Notes under the pieces: model-generated | What the model was told of the DNA's origin: nothing | The model's input: only the letters and a program-made list of their open reading frames with translations | Databases searched by the model: none | Source: Mobula hypostoma | Taxonomy: Eukaryota | Direction of reading: 5' to 3' | Assembly: GCF_963921235.1 (NCBI RefSeq) | Contig: NC_086109.1 | Location: 10,294,001-10,358,000, forward strand | Length of the DNA stretch: 64,000 nt | Part shown: one piece after another, positions 60,855 through 64,000 of the stretch | Position numbering within the stretch: position 1 is the first letter of the stretch | Layout: each line of letters begins with the position of its first letter | Translations under genes and position numbers: made by a program

Positions 60855-61964
60855 TAAGCACTTGGCATGGTTTTGTGTTTGTCACTAAGGTTAGTTATAG
60901 ATCCGCTGAAGATTGGGTTGGAAGATGGAGAAAGTGTCCAATGCTACAACATCCATAAAGCACAAGTGGCCAAAGACGACTTTCTCAGCATTTCTACAAA
61001 CTTTCTGCCCGTGCAGTTGTGATTTTCTGTCTGTGTTCTATTCATTTTTTAAAATGTGGTTTATCTTTAACTTTTTTCAACTCTGAGCATGGATTCAACA
61101 CCTATATCGAATGATTAATGTTCCCTATCTCATCGGAAGTTCCCTGACCTGTTGAGTATTTGGCCTCCTGAACTTGTAAATTGTACAACACCACATATTC
61201 ATTTAGTGCATTACCATGGAGATAGTTAAGTTCTGGCTAATGTTTCTACTTGCTGACGATCAAGGTTCCTTCCACATGTCAATGTAGATTCCAAAAGTCA
61301 AAGAAGACATTTTGCATATGTGTGTGCCTAGGACTTTTACACAGTAGTGTAGTTTACAGAAAATCAAGTGTTTTGGAAGTTCAGCTGCTGTAATGCAGGG
61401 TATGGAACAGCCAACTTACAAGTTCTCATGAACAGAAGTAAGATAATGATCAACTCACCTATTTTTGTGATGCAGACTGGTCACGGCACAGGCGAAAAGT
61501 CCTGTGCACTCCCTCCAAGAAGCACTGTGGAATCCTTTACATAAAAGATTCTTCAAATGCTGGAAATCCAGAGCAACTCACACAAAATGCTGGACCTCTG
61601 TAGGTCAGGCAGCATCTGTGGAGGGAAAGAAACAGTTACGTTTTGGGCTGACACACTTCTTCATCAGGACTGGAGTTTAAGGGGGCAGAATATTTTTTTC
61701 TCTCTTTAAACTCACCAGGCTCACTGATAAATTCATTATAATATTGAGTAGAATGTTTAAAGAAACCTGAAATAAAATTATGTTGGGATATCATAAGAGT
61801 AATTATGTTGGGATATCATAAGAGTAACATCAGCTGTAAAATGGAGGTTCAATTCCCACAGCTGTCTGTAAGGAGTTTGTACGTTCTCCCTGTGACTGCA
61901 TGGGTTTCCTCTCTCATTCCAAAGATACATGGTTAGGGTTAGTGAGACGTGGGCATGTTATGCT

Positions 61965-62222
61965 GGTGCACGTGGTCAAGTGGTTAAGGCGTCGGTCTAG
62001 TGATCTGAAGGTCATGAGTTCGAGCCCCAGCTGAGGCAACGTGTTGTGTCCTTGAGCAAGGCACTTAATCACACATTGCTCTACGGCGACACTGGTGCCA
62101 AGCTGTATGGGTCCTAGTGCCCTTCCCTTGGACAACATTGGTGGCGTGGAGAGGGGAGACTTGCAGCATGGGCAGCTGCTGGTCTTCTATACAACATGGT
62201 CTCACGAGACTAATGGATGCCT
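61965..62222 (+). mobile_element. Young SINE family Y, copy 4 (internally deleted), nested in an older SINE (61830-62345)
   Basis: Same head and body; jumps from atacaac to catggtctc. Confidence 0.85.
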
Positions 62223-63224
62223 GTAAAGAAGCATGGCAACACTTGCAGGCTGCCCAGCACAAGCCTCACTGATTTGATTTGACACATAGACAATGCATTT
62301 CACTGTATGTTTCGAAGTACATCTGACAAACAAAGGTAAACTTTTAAAAAACCTGCTTGTTTGAAACCAACAGAAGCTAAGAATGATGGATTAGCGGAGT
62401 TTTATTGTACTATGATTTTTGCACATGGTCTCTCCAAGTTCATAGCCTGCACCTGCCAAGTATCTACAACAGGAGTTCCGCTGCTATTTTTATTTCAGGC
62501 TTCCAAAATAGCCTTTTTAGTTTGCTGGCCATCAAACACATAAAGGAAATATTTGTGGCTGTTTCTAACGTGACTTCCTCTGTACTAACCAATGTCATTC
62601 CCCCCCCCCCTTACATAAGTTGCCCATGATCAGTTTGGAGAATTATGTTCTCCATAATAGAATAATAACCATAATAGAATCAATGAAAGACCGCACCAAT
62701 TTGAGCACTCAGCTAGAGTGTAAGACAACAAGCTGTGCAGGTACGAAAAGAAATAAATAAACAACAAATATCAAGAATATGAGATGAAGAGTCTTTGAAA
62801 GTGAGTCCGTAGGTTGTGGAACAGTTCAGTGATGGGGCAAGTGAAGTTATCCCCTTTGGTTCAGGAGCCTGATGGTTGAGTGGTAATAACTGCTCCTGTT
62901 TCTGATGGTATGAGCCCCGAGGCTCCTGTACCTTCTTCCCAGACAACTAGGACAACTTTATTCACCATATACATTTACATCCTTGGGTGTGTTGGTTGTT
63001 AATGCAAATGATGAATTTCACTGTAGTGCCAATGTACAGTACATGTGATAAATAAATCTGAATATGAATTGGAAATGTTACTGCATTCTTTTACAGAATA
63101 ATAGAATTATACAGGTCATAGGCAGGCCCTTTGGACAACTCTGACTATGTATCATGTACCTCCTCATAAGTTTCAACATATATCTGTCATTTAATAGAAA
63201 AACCATAATTGTTCTATTTTTAAT

Positions 63225-63790
63225 TGGGTTCTCCATTGATCAGGGATGACCGTGGATATTGTATCCCAGCTGTCTACACAAGCCAGGGCAGTTCAAAATG
63301 AAGAGCAAGCTGTTGCCCATGCACCAGCTCCCCCTCTCCATGGACAGTAGCTGATGAATCCAAAGGAATGGCAGAGACCGATACAGTTTGGCACCAGCAG
63401 CATCGTAAGAGTTGGCAGTCAGCCTTGAACTCAACATTGGACTGCCGTAGGGACTCCAGCTCTGGATTTTTCCTTGGGGTTTACACCCGAAGCCTTCCCT
63501 TCAAGTGGGTATAGCCACAAGACAGTAGAGGTTTGAGGTCAGAGTTTTCCTTCTCCTAGCAGAACCGTCAACCACAGCTGATGAGCCCCAGAAGCAACTG
63601 GCCTCAAGACACCTTTGCCCCTTCTCCTGTCAATACAAATGCTTCCACCAGGCTTAGTAGCTAAGCCACATATGAAGGTCAAGAGCTGGACTTGATTGTC
63701 AGAGGCTATTTGAGATGCATGCCATTGGGAGCATTTAATAGGTAGTGAGAGTTTATCCCCACGACTTCACCCGGCTATTGACAACTTCAA
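63225..63790 (-). mobile_element. RTE-related bipartite non-autonomous retroelement
   Basis: Minus strand has the RTE-5'UTR-like motif ctaggagaaggaaaactctga...aaacc joined directly to a 3' part homologous to the SINE family Y tail. Confidence 0.55.
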
Positions 63791-64000
63791 GAAACCTTTT
63801 CCATGTTTACGTAGCTGAAGATAAACTGAAAATTCATGAAAATAGATTCATGGGCCCTTATATATTCTCTTTCTACGCCCATCCCAGTAACAATCTTAGC
63901 TTTTTCCCTTTCCACGTTGTCCATTGTCTCCCCACGGATAAAGATTAAAGAGAAATAGTAGCTTTATTTGTCACAGGTACATTGAAACATCGAAACATAG

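Noticed and set aside
23000..64000. SLC41A1 coding exons expected from human synteny
   Set aside because: No segment translating to recognisable SLC41A1 sequence was found by eye; non-coding exons cannot be excluded.

Overview
Vertebrate, repeat-dominated, intron/intergenic DNA. The repeat content (many CR1 3' ends, tRNA-SINEs, Penelope-type termini, Tc1 relics) suggests a cartilaginous fish, probably a ray; this is inference only. The one protein-coding gene I can support is the 3' end of a PM20D1-like M20A peptidase on the + strand: four exons (4610-4681, 6541-6706, 10765-10864, 20846-20936) with phase-compatible GT-AG junctions and a probable 3'UTR to about 22.8 kb. Almost all other ORFs in the track are transposon relics or low-complexity artefacts. 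Highlights: (1) Penelope-derived short elements carrying a minimal type-I hammerhead ribozyme motif, inserted with 11-13 bp TSDs and often as inverted pairs. (2) A TAG stop in PM20D1 followed in frame by what looks like the ancestral C-terminal tail. (3) A 56-unit, 30-bp G-rich minisatellite inside a Tc1-derived element whose unexpanded sister copy lies about 5 kb away. (4) A Nimb/I-clade RNase H LINE fragment inside a Tc1 copy. (5) Solo LTRs and multi-level nested insertions with readable TSDs. Family assignments come from recalled motifs, not database searches.
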